Assembly (NCBI GenBank): GCA_000320545.1
Contig: ADNK01003018.1
Coordinates: 1 to 64,000 of the forward strand
DNA: 64,000 nt
Reading direction: 5' to 3'
Source: Bigelowiella natans CCMP2755
Lineage: Eukaryota > Protista > Cercozoa
Part shown: positions 13,300-27,621 of the stretch, one piece after another
Numbering within the stretch: position 1 is the first letter of the stretch
Layout of the letters: each line of letters opens with the position of its first letter
Made by a program: the position numbers and the translations under genes
Notes under the pieces: generated by a model
Told to the model about the DNA's origin: nothing
The model's database searches: none
What the model saw: the letters and a program-made list of their open reading frames with translations, nothing else

Positions 13300-14330
13300 T
13301 GACATCGACAATGTACAATGTGTGCCATGCCCGTGCGATGCCACGATGTCGCAACTATTCGTGTTACAGGTGTTGTCGCAAATCATGCACACTGCATGCA
13401 ATCACGTGCATTCCTGGCATCATTGCATCATTGCGCTCTAGCGCTGTGCATGTTGATGATCGATTTTCAGTGGATGTGACATCATTGTGCCGATAGGCTA
13501 GCTCGACGTACATGGTGCATGCCACCATGTCTAGATGTGCATGACTAGATGAGGACAACATGTGTCTCTCTGTGCGTGTAGCTGACACACATTCCTAGCC
13601 CATCTGTGCACCATCTCTAGATCTAGCAGTCATCTAGTCAAGCCATGTGTTGGCATGCACACACCACTGATCACACATGCATGTGTGTTGTTGTGTGCAT
13701 TACATTTCACGTGCTAGCGTGTCACACAGCACATGCAGTCACATAGCGGTGTTGTGTTAGCTGTCCAGTCTGCGTGCTCACGATGTCCAAACACTGGAAC
13801 AATGCACACACACACGGCACGCCCTGCTAGCCTGCGCCGCCCATTGCACCAGTGCGCATGGATTGGGATTACAACACATGCACTGGAAATGAACAACACA
13901 CCTAGCCTAGACACCCATCGATGTCGATCACAACACCCACGCACGTTCACAGACAGACAAGCCATGGCAAGAACGCCAGCAATTGTGCAATGAGGCGGCT
14001 CATCAATGACCCGACCAGCTAGGCTGATACATGCGGCGACAGTTCACAATCAACACGCGAGTGAACGAACGAAGACAAAGTGACGATTGCCAATGGTGCA
14101 TGCAGCTGAGATGCGAGGAGTGAACGAAACGCACAATGCTGGAATGTGCGTTCAACATTGTTGATGCACAGACAACACGCTGTGCTGATGACGTGAAGAT
14201 GGTCCTCAAGCAAGCAACAAGGTGAACTAGCCACGAAGATGCGAGGTGTCAAACTGGCCGAATGCAGGCGAAGCAACCAACTGTCCGCCAAGTGAGAAAA
14301 GGGAACAAGTGGGAGATGATGAACACACGA
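13300..14330. other. Palindrome/RY-rich island B
   Basis: GCTAGC at 13497, 13713, 13826; very dense TGCA/CATG/CTAG. Confidence 0.7.
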
Positions 14331-14829
14331 AGGTGAAAGCTACGCTGTAGAAAGAACGATCCAAAATTCAAACGCCAACCGAAACCAACTTGATCATGGA
14401 GCAGAACTTAGTGAGTGCACAAGGGGGGGAAAGCAAATGGAGACGGGCAGTTGGAAGCGTGATTCAAGATTCAAGGCTGTGAATTGAAGGGATTCCAAAG
14501 GATGCTGCTCGGAAGCTCGGAACTTGAGAGAAAGAATGAACAGTTACGATAATGTCGTAATGGGAAAATGTCATGTAATCCCCATTTTTTTTACTTCAGA
14601 CTTATGTCGTCATGTGAAAATGGCATGCATTCCAAGTGGAGCTCCATTGCTTTTTAGATCTTCCACTCGTACACTCAAGGATGATCATTATCATCTTCAC
14701 AATGATGATGATGATGATCTCCTCCTCATGACCGTTAGTAGCCTCCCTCCTCCTCATCGACCCCTAGAAGCTGTTCAGCAATCTTGCTTGTTGTCATTAA
14801 ACACCGGGTGAAGAAAAATTCTTTATCTA

Positions 14830-15324
14830 ATGGCGACTCCTCTCCGCTCGTTATGGCAGCCCTCCAACACCGCCTCTACTACCTCCTCAAAGCAATGCAT
14901 AGATCTCTGGAATCTCTTTCACGTGCCAGTAAATAGTCATCGTAATCGTCACTACAGCCGTTGTCATGTTTACGGATTCACGGTAATGCTAACTACCTAC
15001 TCACTCACTCACTCACTCACTCACTCGCTACTGCTTGTTCTGTTGCTGGGTGATGGTGATAGTGATGATGATGATGATGATGGTGATGGTGATAGTGATG
15101 ATGATCATGACGAGGGAGAAGAAATTCACGTATTGATTCCTGATACTTGTGTGTGTGTGTGTGATATTATTTTCTGAAAGAAGAACGCACATGAGCAACA
15201 GCAGGAGGAGGAGGAGGAGGAGGAAGCGGATATCATTATCCCGAGCCTCTCAACATCATCTCCAGGCAGCAGCAGCAGCAGCATCCGTCGACTTAGCATA
15301 AGAAGGAGGGGAGAATCGATTATG

Positions 15325-15357
<33 letters not shown>

Positions 15358-16780
15358 GTGAAAGAAGAATCATTATGCGATGATAATAATACCAAAGATG
15401 GAGGAAACAGTGGTGACAGCGAAAATAGCGAGGATGGTCATGATAAAATTATCATTGGTGGGAGGTGTCGTGATTCCCAGAGGGAAAAATCCTCTGCTGC
15501 TGCTGCTACTGCTGCTGCTGCTTCTTCTTCCTCTTCTTCTTCTAGGATGATGATTTTAAGAAAATTTAGACGGATAGTCTGGGGTACTGCAGCTATGATC
15601 TTGGTTTTTACGGTATAGTAGGCCTCAACAACGTTACCTCTTAAAAGAAGACAACGGCAGATTCATATACTACCACTACTACACTTGTAGCAGTACACAT
15701 ATTACCATCAAAGTTAGTTACAAAAAACGTTTGAGTTGGTTTTCTATTGCAACACCGAACACACATACAGAATCACGTGTATTCTTCGTGTATTTGTTCT
15801 TTGATGAAAGTAGACTTTCCTCGAATCTCGGGCCGATATGTTAGATGAATGGGAAGGACGTTTGAGGAATGATGACTTTGGTACTACCACTATTCCAAGG
15901 ACTCTAATGATAAACACGACGACGATTTGTTGAACATCGTTCTTGCCACTACAAATAAATGAATCACTACAAATAAATGAATCTACGAAACCCCCTTGCG
16001 GACATAGCAGAATTTAGACGATGATGATTATGCCTCGTTAGATTGATTATTCCGATGTCACAACTATCTAAAGGAGGAGGGGGAGGGGGTGAAAAGGAGA
16101 ATAATTCTATTTAGCAGACGTACGACGTAACACTTGTTTAAATTAAAGAGTAGTATGTGGGGCATTGTAGTTATTATCTACATCATTTTCACCACCACCA
16201 CCACCACCAGCACTTCTTTCACAACTCTTACTATTAGATGTGACGGGACTTAACACGATGACACCTCCATGGGACAAGAACTACTTAATGGATAGCGTGA
16301 GTAGCGCATATATACGACGACAATAATCCATTACTACAACAATACCAATAACAACAACAACAACACTACAACTACATAATGGATAGCGTGAGTAGCGCAT
16401 ATATACGATGACAATAATCCATTACTACAACAATACCAATAACAACAACAACAACTACTACTACTACTACTTCTACTACAGAGTTTCTGCTACCATCACA
16501 TTAACCCCCAATTTTGTATATTGAACACATCTCCCCTATCAGCCCTCCACAATAAGAATTGAGAAGGATAAGTAGTTAGTCTGAACACAACTAACTACAA
16601 GTGTGAATAAATAGAACTTATGATGATGTTCATATGATCATGCCTACTACTAATGTTAATCAGAGTGAGGATGATATTGTGGTTACCAAGGAAAATGGCA
16701 CTGGAGGGGTGATGATGATGATGATGATGATGATGACGAGATATCTGCTGCATGATACATCAACTATTACTATTATTGCC

Positions 16781-16811
<31 letters not shown>

Positions 16812-17304
16812 CTTCTTCTTCCTTTTTCATCATAACCCTCTCTACATGCCACCAACTACTATATTTTCTTGTCTCTCATGAAAGAAAAATATTATTATTA
16901 TTATTATTAATATTATTATTATCTCTGTTGTATCTTTGGCTGCTGCTATTTTTCTTCTATCCTTAGCGGTGATTATCTGTATTATTAGTACTCTATGCAG
17001 TTAAGAGTGCTGCTTAAGAAAACTCTGGATCTTTAAATAATCTCTAACAATGAATCATGAAACCATCATTATTTCTCACACTACTCTGTGCTCAAAAATA
17101 TAAGATGGTCATTTTACCTGATGATCATGGTGCTAGCAGTTAAATAATGGGAGAACTATTATCAAGTTGTCAAATCTTACAATATTTACATAATTTCTAG
17201 GAATTCTCATCGGCACCTGCATCAGAAGATATTGGGTGGGTCTATACAATCTATGAAGATATGGAAGGTGGTAGTAGACTACTTACACAATTAATCAAGA
17301 TATG

Positions 17305-17340
<36 letters not shown>

Positions 17341-18841
17341 CATCTTTTATTATTTCTGTGGAATGAATAATAATAAATGACAACAACAATAATAATTTAA
17401 AATAGGTGATACGTCGAGTGAGCCAATGGGTTTGACACTTGGTAGTAATACAAATAATACTAAATAATGATAATAATTATAAAATATATCATGTTGATAA
17501 ATAGATGAGGTTGTAGCATGATAATGATACAACAACAAATACTATTACTAGTACTACTGTGGTGCATAATAATAACATGCATGCTGCCGGTGGTGGTAGT
17601 AATAATCGTGGAAGTAGTAGTTCAGCGTACAAATCCAATGAATTATTGACAAAATCCTCTCTTTCTCTTCTTCTTCTTCTTCTTCTTCTTCTTCTTCTCT
17701 TCTCCGTTTTGTACCCCCTCCTACCATTTTCAGGAAACGATAATCAAACACTATACTTTACAGGTTATTGTGTTGGGATGGTGCTGCATATACTTCATGC
17801 GCTGCAGCTTTGTACACCATTCTTCTTATCGATGATAGATACAACAGCCCTTGCTTATCGTTTTATTACTTCTCACATTGCCATATTCCTCATTTTACCT
17901 ATCGAGCTTATTTTATAATATGCGATTTTAGTTATATTTTCCATTGCATTCGACTACTACACATCCCATAAATAGCAAAATCTGATCTCTTTTCGCTCTC
18001 TCATAATTACCAAGAATACAATGTGTTAATACTTGTACTACTACATTGTTTGAGTACGTTGTATATTTTGTTGTGAGAGTATCTGTTGTCCAACCCTAAT
18101 GTTTCTTCTTCTTCTTCTTCTTCTTCTTCTTCTTCTTCTTTTTCTGACTGCCTCCTCCTCCTCCTCCTCCTCCTTCAAGATCGCATGCGAAATCAAGTTA
18201 GAAAGATAATGCCTGATGGAGGTAGAAGTAGTAGTAGTAGTATTAGTTGTTGTTGTTGTTGTTGTTGCTGCTGTTTCTTGGAATACTTACTGTCTATATA
18301 TTATGAGAGAGGTGCTGCTGCTACAGCTAGATATTGATGATGAGGAGGTTTCTTGATAATCATACTGTCATTGATGTGATGACATAATGTGTTATTTATT
18401 TATTGTCCCCGTTGATCGTATACTACTACATGTAGGAGTCTATCTCAATACCGTTGTTTGTTGGTTGTTGTATATTAATTTTCACCGTTGATCGTATACT
18501 ACATACTTGTAGGAATTCATCTTGTGGCCGGACATATCGATGCATTGGTGAGGAGGAGGAGGAGGAAGAAGAAGAAGAAGAAGAAGAAGAAGAAGAGAAG
18601 GGGGAGGAGGAATAAGCAGCAAGCCATCACTTACAGACAAATTGGAAAAGCAGCAGCTCATAACTGCTATTATTGCCATTTATTGACTCATGTTGTTGTA
18701 AATATGTTCTCCTATCCATTCCAACAGTCACTCCTACAAAACACATAAGAAGATGTATAAGTAAAAATTCATTCATTCTTCACATTTTAGGATGGATATA
18801 AGGATGGCACGGCAACAGGTTTAATAGTTTGATATACAATA

Positions 18842-18876
<35 letters not shown>

Positions 18877-19234
18877 TCTATTTTACATAATTTATGCATA
18901 CTTAAATTTAAATAATAATCACTTTTTAAATGTGTATACTTTTATACTTATACTATGTAATATATGATAAAACCTTATTAGTCTATCGTGTTGATGGTGC
19001 CGGTTAAATTTGTACTGGTGGTAGCAGCGTATTAGTAGTAGTAGTAGTAGTAGTAGAAGTAGTAGTAGAAGTAAGTTGTGGTATAGATCAAATGTGGTAG
19101 AGGATGAAACAACTGAAGAGGGGGTGCTCGTATTCTCCATCATCAACATAACAATACGTTTATTCATGAAAAACAAAAGACTTCAGTACTTTTCGGCTTC
19201 TTACAGTTTAAATAAAATTTTAAGTTGTACATCT

Positions 19235-19271
<37 letters not shown>

Positions 19272-19796
19272 ATGAGTTTAATTGACTGTGTGCACTGATG
19301 ACATTATGGGTTCTAGAAGTAGAAAAATCTCCTCTTCTCCTATTCCTCTTCTTACCCCCCCCCCCCTTCGATGGACATTTAAGTCATCTAGTCGTGATAA
19401 GGAGGTGCTGTAGTAGTAGTATTATGGCGGTGATAGTAGTTTCTTTCGCTTGTTGTAAGTAGCAAGAGTAGTACTAGCACCTCCATCTTGTTGTTGCTTT
19501 ATATCATTTGTATGGATATGTGAGATTATATTTCTTACTACTAATGTCTTCGAAAGATGATGAAAATTAGTAAATGAGTAATTCTTAAGACTCGATTGTT
19601 CTAAATTGTTTTTTAATATAATCGAATTATTTTAAGACTCAGTTCTTCTTCATTGGTTTTTTAATATTATATTTGTAGATGTGCCATCATCCTTGAAATG
19701 AATCATGATTATATATGATCGATCTTAAAACAACTAATCCTAATGCACAGCATCATTCTTGTGGTACCCAAATGGAATAACAGTCGATAGCAAAGG

Positions 19797-19831
<35 letters not shown>

Positions 19832-20725
19832 GCAGCAGTATATTATTGTACAAGGTGTGTTATTCCACCGAATACGAGGAATGAGTCAGTATATAATAAA
19901 CAATAGTAGATTATTGTAAGTGGAGGAATGAGTCAGTATATAATAAACAATAGTAGATTATTGTAAGTACGTGAGGTCCAAAAGAAGAAGAAATGTGGTG
20001 GTGATGATGCTGCTGCTGCTAACGGTTAAAGATTAGCACATATATATCATAGAAAAAGGAAGAAGAGAAGAGTGAGAAAAATACTTGGACTGGCGCGAGA
20101 TAGGAATGAGGATGATATATCTTAAAATGATGATCGATTATCAATAATGGCATTCTCTTCATATTCTCTTCATATGCTACTCTACTAAAGTAATGATGAG
20201 GATATATATCATCCAGAATAGTATTCTCTTCATATACTCTGATGAAGTACTATGTTATCATCTAACCTGCTGATGTTAGACAAATATTACTACTCTTGTA
20301 GGTTACATCTATGTATGTGACGGGTACAATTATGTTGTGAGACGTATATCCTCCGACGAGAAAGTAAGTAAGTAATAATTTATATATATTATGTTCAATG
20401 GAGTGTCGCTACGGGTAGCAGCATTTTACTTCTGTATTTATTCTAGCTTTGTTGTTCTTCCTCCTCCTCCTCCTCCCCCTCATTGCTTCAAGGAGGTGTA
20501 TGTATGTATGTATGTATGTATTATTCAAAGGGTTATAGACAATGTCTGCTTTCTTGATAACCCCCCCCTTAATTGTAATCATGTAGCCTTGTGTTAAATT
20601 ATCTAATCCTTGTGCTACTTACTTGTTCTTCTTCTTCATTGGTTGTAGGAAATTATCACCTTCGCTGGATCTGGATTGTATGGGCATAGAGATGGACCTG
20701 TAGAGTATATGATGGTAGAAGAGAC

Positions 20726-20761
<36 letters not shown>

Positions 20762-21318
20762 AATCAGTTATAGTATTCCTATTATTTTCTGATATTATAA
20801 CTGGTACTACTGGCGCTGCTGCTACTTACTACTCAGTTTCGGCACCCAATTGACGCTGTTAGTGACAGTAGAGGACAAATATACATTGCAGATCAATTGG
20901 TACTAGTACTTACGACCACTAAATAATACAGAAGAAGAAGAAGAAGAAGAAGAAGAAAGAAGAAACCTACTTCCTCAACATTTTACAGTTTGAAATAATA
21001 GTTTCCTTTTTGGATGATGGATCAAGAATTGTGATGGTGAAATGATGATGATAGTCAATGTCAATGATGCTATGTGAAAAGACATACGATATCCGGAGGA
21101 TTTATAAAGATCGGTTCTCGGGGTTATGGATAGGAGAAACAATAATGTATGAAAAACAATTGGACCTCGCTATAAAAAAGATTCTCATCATCATTATTAT
21201 GATCTTTTTATTATCTTTGGGTAGTGATTAAATAGTCGTATTTTTGACATGTGTGTGCAATGCATTATTTTCATCATAATCCAATAATCGAGCGACGCCT
21301 CCCCACCACTTTTTCTTC

Positions 21319-21349
<31 letters not shown>

Positions 21350-21811
21350 ACTACTACTACTACTCCCAAGAGGATCGCCATTAGCTGCAGGGTCAGTAAC
21401 AACCCAACCGAAAACAACAACAATAACAACAACAACAAACTAGAAACAACATCCATCATCATTTTTAAATTTAGCACTGATGGTTGGATATGATATGATA
21501 TATATGGTATGTGATATATGAGATGCAAACTATGGTTGGTGAAGAAATAGGATACGAATTACTGCTAAATTGTTGTGTCTCGGCCCACTATTAACAACTT
21601 GATTCCACGCTGCATTGTAAGGTTCAAAGACGGTTATGGACCAATGTTTCAAGACTTGTAATAATAATAAGATCTCTCTATACATTGGAATAACTGATAA
21701 TAAGAAAAGAATAATACCTTGAGATTATAAATGTCATCTGCCGATAGAAAAGAGGAAACCACAACGAATTGTTTTACATTAGATGGTTTTTATAAATATG
21801 ACATATTTAAC

Positions 21812-21848
<37 letters not shown>

Positions 21849-23076
21849 CCCGTAAAACACAGCAGCACTGCTAATATACAAGCAAGTGCATTTCTCACTA
21901 CTTACTCTTTCGAATATGAGTAGGTATTCTCTGATACGCTCACCAATTGATGGTACATTCTATACAAGCTGTAGAAACTATGATAGAAGGTAATACAGCA
22001 GCAGCAGCATTAGCAGCAGATATGATAAGAAAGTCTTTGCAAGACAGCTGACACCGAAGAAGGGTGTAAAAGAAGAAGAAGAAGAAGAAGAAGAAGAAGA
22101 GAATATATTGCAGAGCTATTGCCAATAAACACCCATTCCCTCCCCTCTTGTGGTAGTACATACCTGTAAAGTACAAGGAACAACTTGCAAGTAGTAGTGA
22201 GATTTTGATGAAACGAATGATATACGTGATCATCATCATACGTCGCAAAGGATACGTAAGCTTAAGTTCCATTTTCTTCTTCCGGAAAAGTCTCAAGCAT
22301 GGACGGTTGCAGGTAGTAGTAGTAGTAGTAGTAGTAGTAATAGTAACATGATGTAATAATCTTGGATTGTTGCTCTTGAATGTTCTCCATCAACCCAAGT
22401 GCGTGTGCTTTATCGTCGTTTTACTGTTTTCCCAACTTTTTGATGTTATAATAACAGAAACATACACACTAGCTACTACTTATATTGATACTACTACTAC
22501 TACTTTTTGATGTTATAATAACAGAAACATACACACTAGCTACTACTTATATTGATACTACTACTACTACTACTACTACTACCTCTTTTGCTACATAATT
22601 GATCTTTTTATCGGTAATATTATTCTTATTTCTTCTAGGTCAAAGCTTCCCGTTAGGTCATGTTGATGGGCATGGCCCTTTAGCATTATTTCGATCGGTA
22701 GGTACTGCTGCTGCTGCTGCTTTGATGGTAGTAGTAGTAGTAGTAGTAGTAGTAGTTGTTTCAATCTTCTTCATTTGTCGTGAGGAGGAGGAGGGGGAGG
22801 AGGAAAACAATCATCAACCATCAGATACATATGAATTTTATATACTTATAAAAACAGCGATTTGGTGTAATAATATGACCCTCCCTCATGCTGCATTTAT
22901 TCTCCTTTCTGTCTTAGGTAAGTGGAATGGCAATAGATCATTCTAATAACATTTATCTTTCTGATATTGGAAATAATGTGGTTCGAAGGATTAGCTCTGG
23001 TATTATACATGCTCTCACATCCAACTTGATGATATGTCGTTTCTTTGCATTATATACACTCTCACCCTCCCCCCCC

Positions 23077-23170
<94 letters not shown>

Positions 23171-23215
23171 AAATTCTGTAGTAGATAAAAATATGATGGG
23201 ATTTCTACTGAGACA

Positions 23216-23279
<64 letters not shown>

Positions 23280-23918
23280 GAAAATTTAGAATGCTAGATC
23301 AACATTCTTATCCGTTATTGTAAGCAGATGGCGAGGTCACGACAGTTGTGGGTGATGGACGTTACATCGACGAATATGCAAATGCAGATTTCTATAAAGT
23401 GGAAGGACCTTCACGCAAGGTATTTAGTTTGTGAAATGGATATGGTTATTGTTTAGAGTCAGTAAATGATAACTATTATGTTATGAAGGTGTTGAAATGC
23501 AAGTTAAAATAGTGCTGGGGAGTAGGGACTACAATGATATCCACATGAATGATAACTGATGATACAATTATGTGTACCAAAGTTTGTATCTCTCTCTACT
23601 GCAGCAGCAGCAGCCTTTTTCAAATATTCGTCTTATCATTCTTCCAGCGACTAGTACTATTTTTATCAAATACATCATTCTACTGAGTTTACTACATTAT
23701 CTTTCAAGGTGTCACTGTCAGGTCCCAATGGAATTGCAGTTGGCCCTGATAATAGCTTATATATTGCTGATACGGGGGCTAGGCGAATAATAAAAGTAAT
23801 AGTGTGTTGAAACGAAAGGGCACACATGCAAATATCATTTCGTCTTTACGTTTAGAATCCTCCATAACCATCGTGTAAATAACTATAGGTGGTCCCTAAT
23901 GATGCTGGCTGGGTATAA
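14830..23918 (+). CDS. NHL-repeat (beta-propeller) protein
   Basis: Spliced repeats YPNGITVDSKG-YIYVCDGYNYVVRRIS, FRHPIDAVSDSRGQIYIAD, SGMAIDHSNNIYLSDIGNNVVRRIS, GPNGIAVGPDNSLYIADTGARRIIK; stop TAA 23916-23918; 5' end uncertain. Confidence 0.85.
16286..16452 (+). repeat. Tandem duplication, about 90 bp unit
   Basis: TAATGGATAGCGTGAGTAGCGCATATATACGA..ACAATACCAATAACAACAACAAC twice. Confidence 0.9.
22436..22570 (+). repeat. Intronic tandem duplication, about 67 bp unit
   Basis: CTTTTTGATGTTATAATAACAGAAACATACACACTAGCTACTACTTATATTGATACTACTAC twice. Confidence 0.9.
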
Positions 23919-24009
23919 GAAGAAGAATTATGGATTTATTGTTTTCATTTCATTATCATAAAGAAACATGAGTAACAATATCAGAGTCTTTTATCATACG
24001 AATGTATAG

Positions 24010-25170
24010 TTGCCCCACTACTAGCTCGAAATCAATCGTCTAGCATTTTCCACGATGAGGCAATATAGAGCAAGAATGTGGCGACATTGCCGCATATCAC
24101 ATTTTATCTAGGTATCATAACATCTACTAGACTTTGAAACAAACTTCCTTGCGCTACTGGGAAAGTCCATCTACGTATTATATCTTGCCTTTTTCTGGCA
24201 TCAGCTCACTGGCACGAGTACGTATCTCTGTATCCAAGCATGATCGATGCGTGACAGTATCCAGATGCTATGTGCACATTGCGTTGTTCATGCTGAGTAC
24301 GGCCATGCTAGCATGTTTCAATACTTTTATGAGACCTTTGGCGATACGATCCACTGTAGGGTAAGCCGAGTAACATGCAGTCAACCAAATGGTTGGAAAC
24401 TCCTGCTGCTGATCGAATGATGTCACATGCGATGCAGTCAACCAAATACAATGGTTGGACCCCCCTACTGCTGCTGAATGTGGACGGCGTGTGTTGTAGC
24501 TAGCTTTATTTGCACAGCGTAGCAACTACATCAGGATGACCACATCGGTGGGATTTGTAAGACAGGCGTAATGAATCAAATTAAATTTGTTCAATGGTCA
24601 TCCTCATATCTAGATATGTAGCTGTGCAATGCAACGGCTTTCTAGCTTTATTTTGGAGCATTCATTTGATTCATTGCTACACATCGATCCGTCTGATACG
24701 CTGAATGCAAATCTAGAAATGCCCAATATGTAAGTACTAGCTAGTGCAATTGAAAATTTGAAATTCGCATGTACGTGACTACCGCTTACGCAACAAAACC
24801 ACGGCGATTCACGTGCCATGATGCGTGCTATATGCTAGCTAGTATCAATAAGAATGCATGATCGAGAGTATTGTCGTCCCGTGCGTACATGCATCATGCA
24901 AGAATAAACAGCTTATTCGACAAAACATGAACAGCAATGCTTGTGTCGGTCGTATCGCTGTGTAGTTTTACACGCTGGAACAACAGGTCGCACCGCGTTG
25001 TGATCATGGCGACGCAAAGATCCGAGGATGTGAAGAATATCGATGCATAGCAATCGCTCTTCCAGCATATACAATGATCCACTACTAGATTGAATGAATG
25101 TACAGTTGAAATGGAACATGTGCTATTTTGAGTGTGCCTATTAGCATAGTCCCCACGAAATGACATATGA
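24010..25170. other. Palindrome/RY-rich island C (NHL / kinase convergent gap)
   Basis: CATGCTAGCATG at about 24304, AGCTAGCT, ATGCAT runs. Confidence 0.7.
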
Positions 25171-25371
25171 GTAACTTCAAAATATACGCTCTATAATGTA
25201 GAGTGTGGAGAAATAACACCACCACACCCTGCATTTTTTTACATTCTATTGGTAGAATCTAACTAAAGGTTATTTGATGTTATCCGGTTTCGATTGATTT
25301 TCTTCAAATTTTGCAACTGATTTACATTCTAAATAGAGTGATAACAAACAAGAGTAACAAGCAAGATTTAA

Positions 25372-26558
25372 TTACAACCCTTTGAAGGAGAACACCCGTT
25401 TTTGAGACAAATTGTTATCGTATTCTTCGATAACCACCTTTCGCATGCCATTTGTTCTTGGAGTAGAAAGCTTTCTTGATCCCCACCCTAAATTCAATGC
25501 ATTAGTCTGTCGTAAGGACAACAATACCATCATTTTCTCCCAGTCGTCTCTTTAATCTTAAGGATGATATGTGATAATACAACCTACTGTGCGTGGTGTA
25601 ACCACTTCAAGTCCGCCACTTGAGAATCCCGATGTTGGGGATTTCCATCTTCTCCTAGGTACTACGGCACTACCTACAATTATTCAATCACCTCTTTACT
25701 ACCCAGCAGCAGCAGTAGTAGTAGTAGTAGCAGTAGTTGTAGTTGTAGTAGTTGTAGTAGTAGAGCGATCAACTCATAATAAGAACACTTGCTGCTGTTG
25801 CTGCTGCTCTCTCCCCCCTCCCCCCTCTCTCCTATTATTTGCCGTATATTTTCTGCATCCAACAGGAAGAGATAATATTCTTCTTCTTCTTCTTCTTCTT
25901 ATTATTATTATTCTACGAGAACCAACTACTTCTACTACTACTATCGTCATCCTCCTGCACCAAAAAAGATGAATAAGCTATTCTAGAGTGAGCCACTAGT
26001 ACTATCATCAAACATCATTATAATTATATTATCACTCTACTACTACTCCTACTACCTCCTGTTGGTGACCGACGATGTTGTGATGATACTACTCTTCGAT
26101 GAGAACCAGGTCTAGGAGAACTACCGATTATTACCTAAGGGGGGAAGAGGAAGAAGAGGAGACAATTACTCGGTATATAAATACTACTCGCCACAAATGA
26201 TATTCATGAATCATCATCAAGTAATGGTTCTTGTCTATCAAGAAGGCATATATACACCACCACCAATCTTGGTCGTCATTATGACTATCGTATTATCTGG
26301 GTTCTTGAGTACTTTTTGTTGATATTATATTATATTACGTGGTTGTTCTTTTTTGATATTTTTGAGTAAAGTCCCCTCCTATTGACAAGCCTTGCAAGTG
26401 AGTCTTCCCCCCCCCCCGCTATTGCGCCAACATCTTGCACATGGGGATGAAGTCTTGCATGTGGTGACGTGTTAATCCTTGGGGTTGCTAATCCAGCAGC
26501 AGCAGCAGCAGCGCGTTGATTGGAGGAGTAATTTGTTGTATCGGAGCGACCGCGTACA

Positions 26559-26591
<33 letters not shown>

Positions 26592-27579
26592 GGTCGTAAC
26601 TTAGAAACTCGCATCTTAGCCAATCTGAGGAAGGAGTTAGTAGTGGTTATGGTGCTAGTAGTGTTATTGTTCAAAATAATAACAACTACGATATATAAAC
26701 TATTACGCTGGGAATTCATTCAAAATATGCACTGAATAGCTGCCCAAAACAGCAGCGTTTTCTCCATCCATGTGACCCCTTCTAACCCTATCATTATTGT
26801 TTTGACCCTCCTCCTCCTCCTCCTCCTCCTCCTCCTCCTCCTGAAGTTCTTACTTTGTATCAGCATCCCGATGGCATTCCTCCTTGAGCTTTGCTACCTC
26901 TGAAAACGTCATCTTCCTTTTTGTGTCGTTCTTGCATAAGAAGGAAGAGAGAATGGAATCAGCAGCAGCAGCAGCAGCATGAAGTACAACTCATATGTAT
27001 ACAAAATAAACAGGGTTACTACTACTGTGATTCTTTACTACCTCTTCTCCCCCTCCTCCCAAGTACTCAGTCATCATTGCCCACGAATGATTTTGAATGC
27101 TTTCTAGAGGAAGTCGGTCTAAAGACTTCACTTCAAGCATACCTAAGACACACCGTTATTGTTCACATCATCATCATATCGATCGTCACCACCAACACCA
27201 CCACCACCAACAACAACAACAACACATTTAAGAACAAGAAAAGAAGATAGAAAAAATTAAGCTTGAAGAAAGGTCCTTCTGAGAACGAGAGTAAGTAATA
27301 GCTCTATTTTAGTGGTAATAATACTTCGAATTAGGTCCGTAAGTCCCTTTGAGAGAAAAGATGGTATCGTAAAGAAACCGTTGCAAACCTGAATTATTGT
27401 CATTGTTGTAAGAGTCATCATTACGGTTATTATCATCAACCCCATCATCTTTATTTACAGAAAACGATACTAATATTTTGCGTGAGAACAATTAGATCTA
27501 TTTGCAATGTAATGATGAAGATTACTCATCATGTTTCTGCAAAGTAGAAGCGGTAGACGACACTCAGTATTAACAGCAA

Positions 27580-27621
<42 letters not shown>

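Noticed and set aside
13300-14330. Islands as MITE or transposon copies
   Set aside because: No terminal inverted repeats, target-site duplications or extended inter-island homology visible; not fully excluded without alignment
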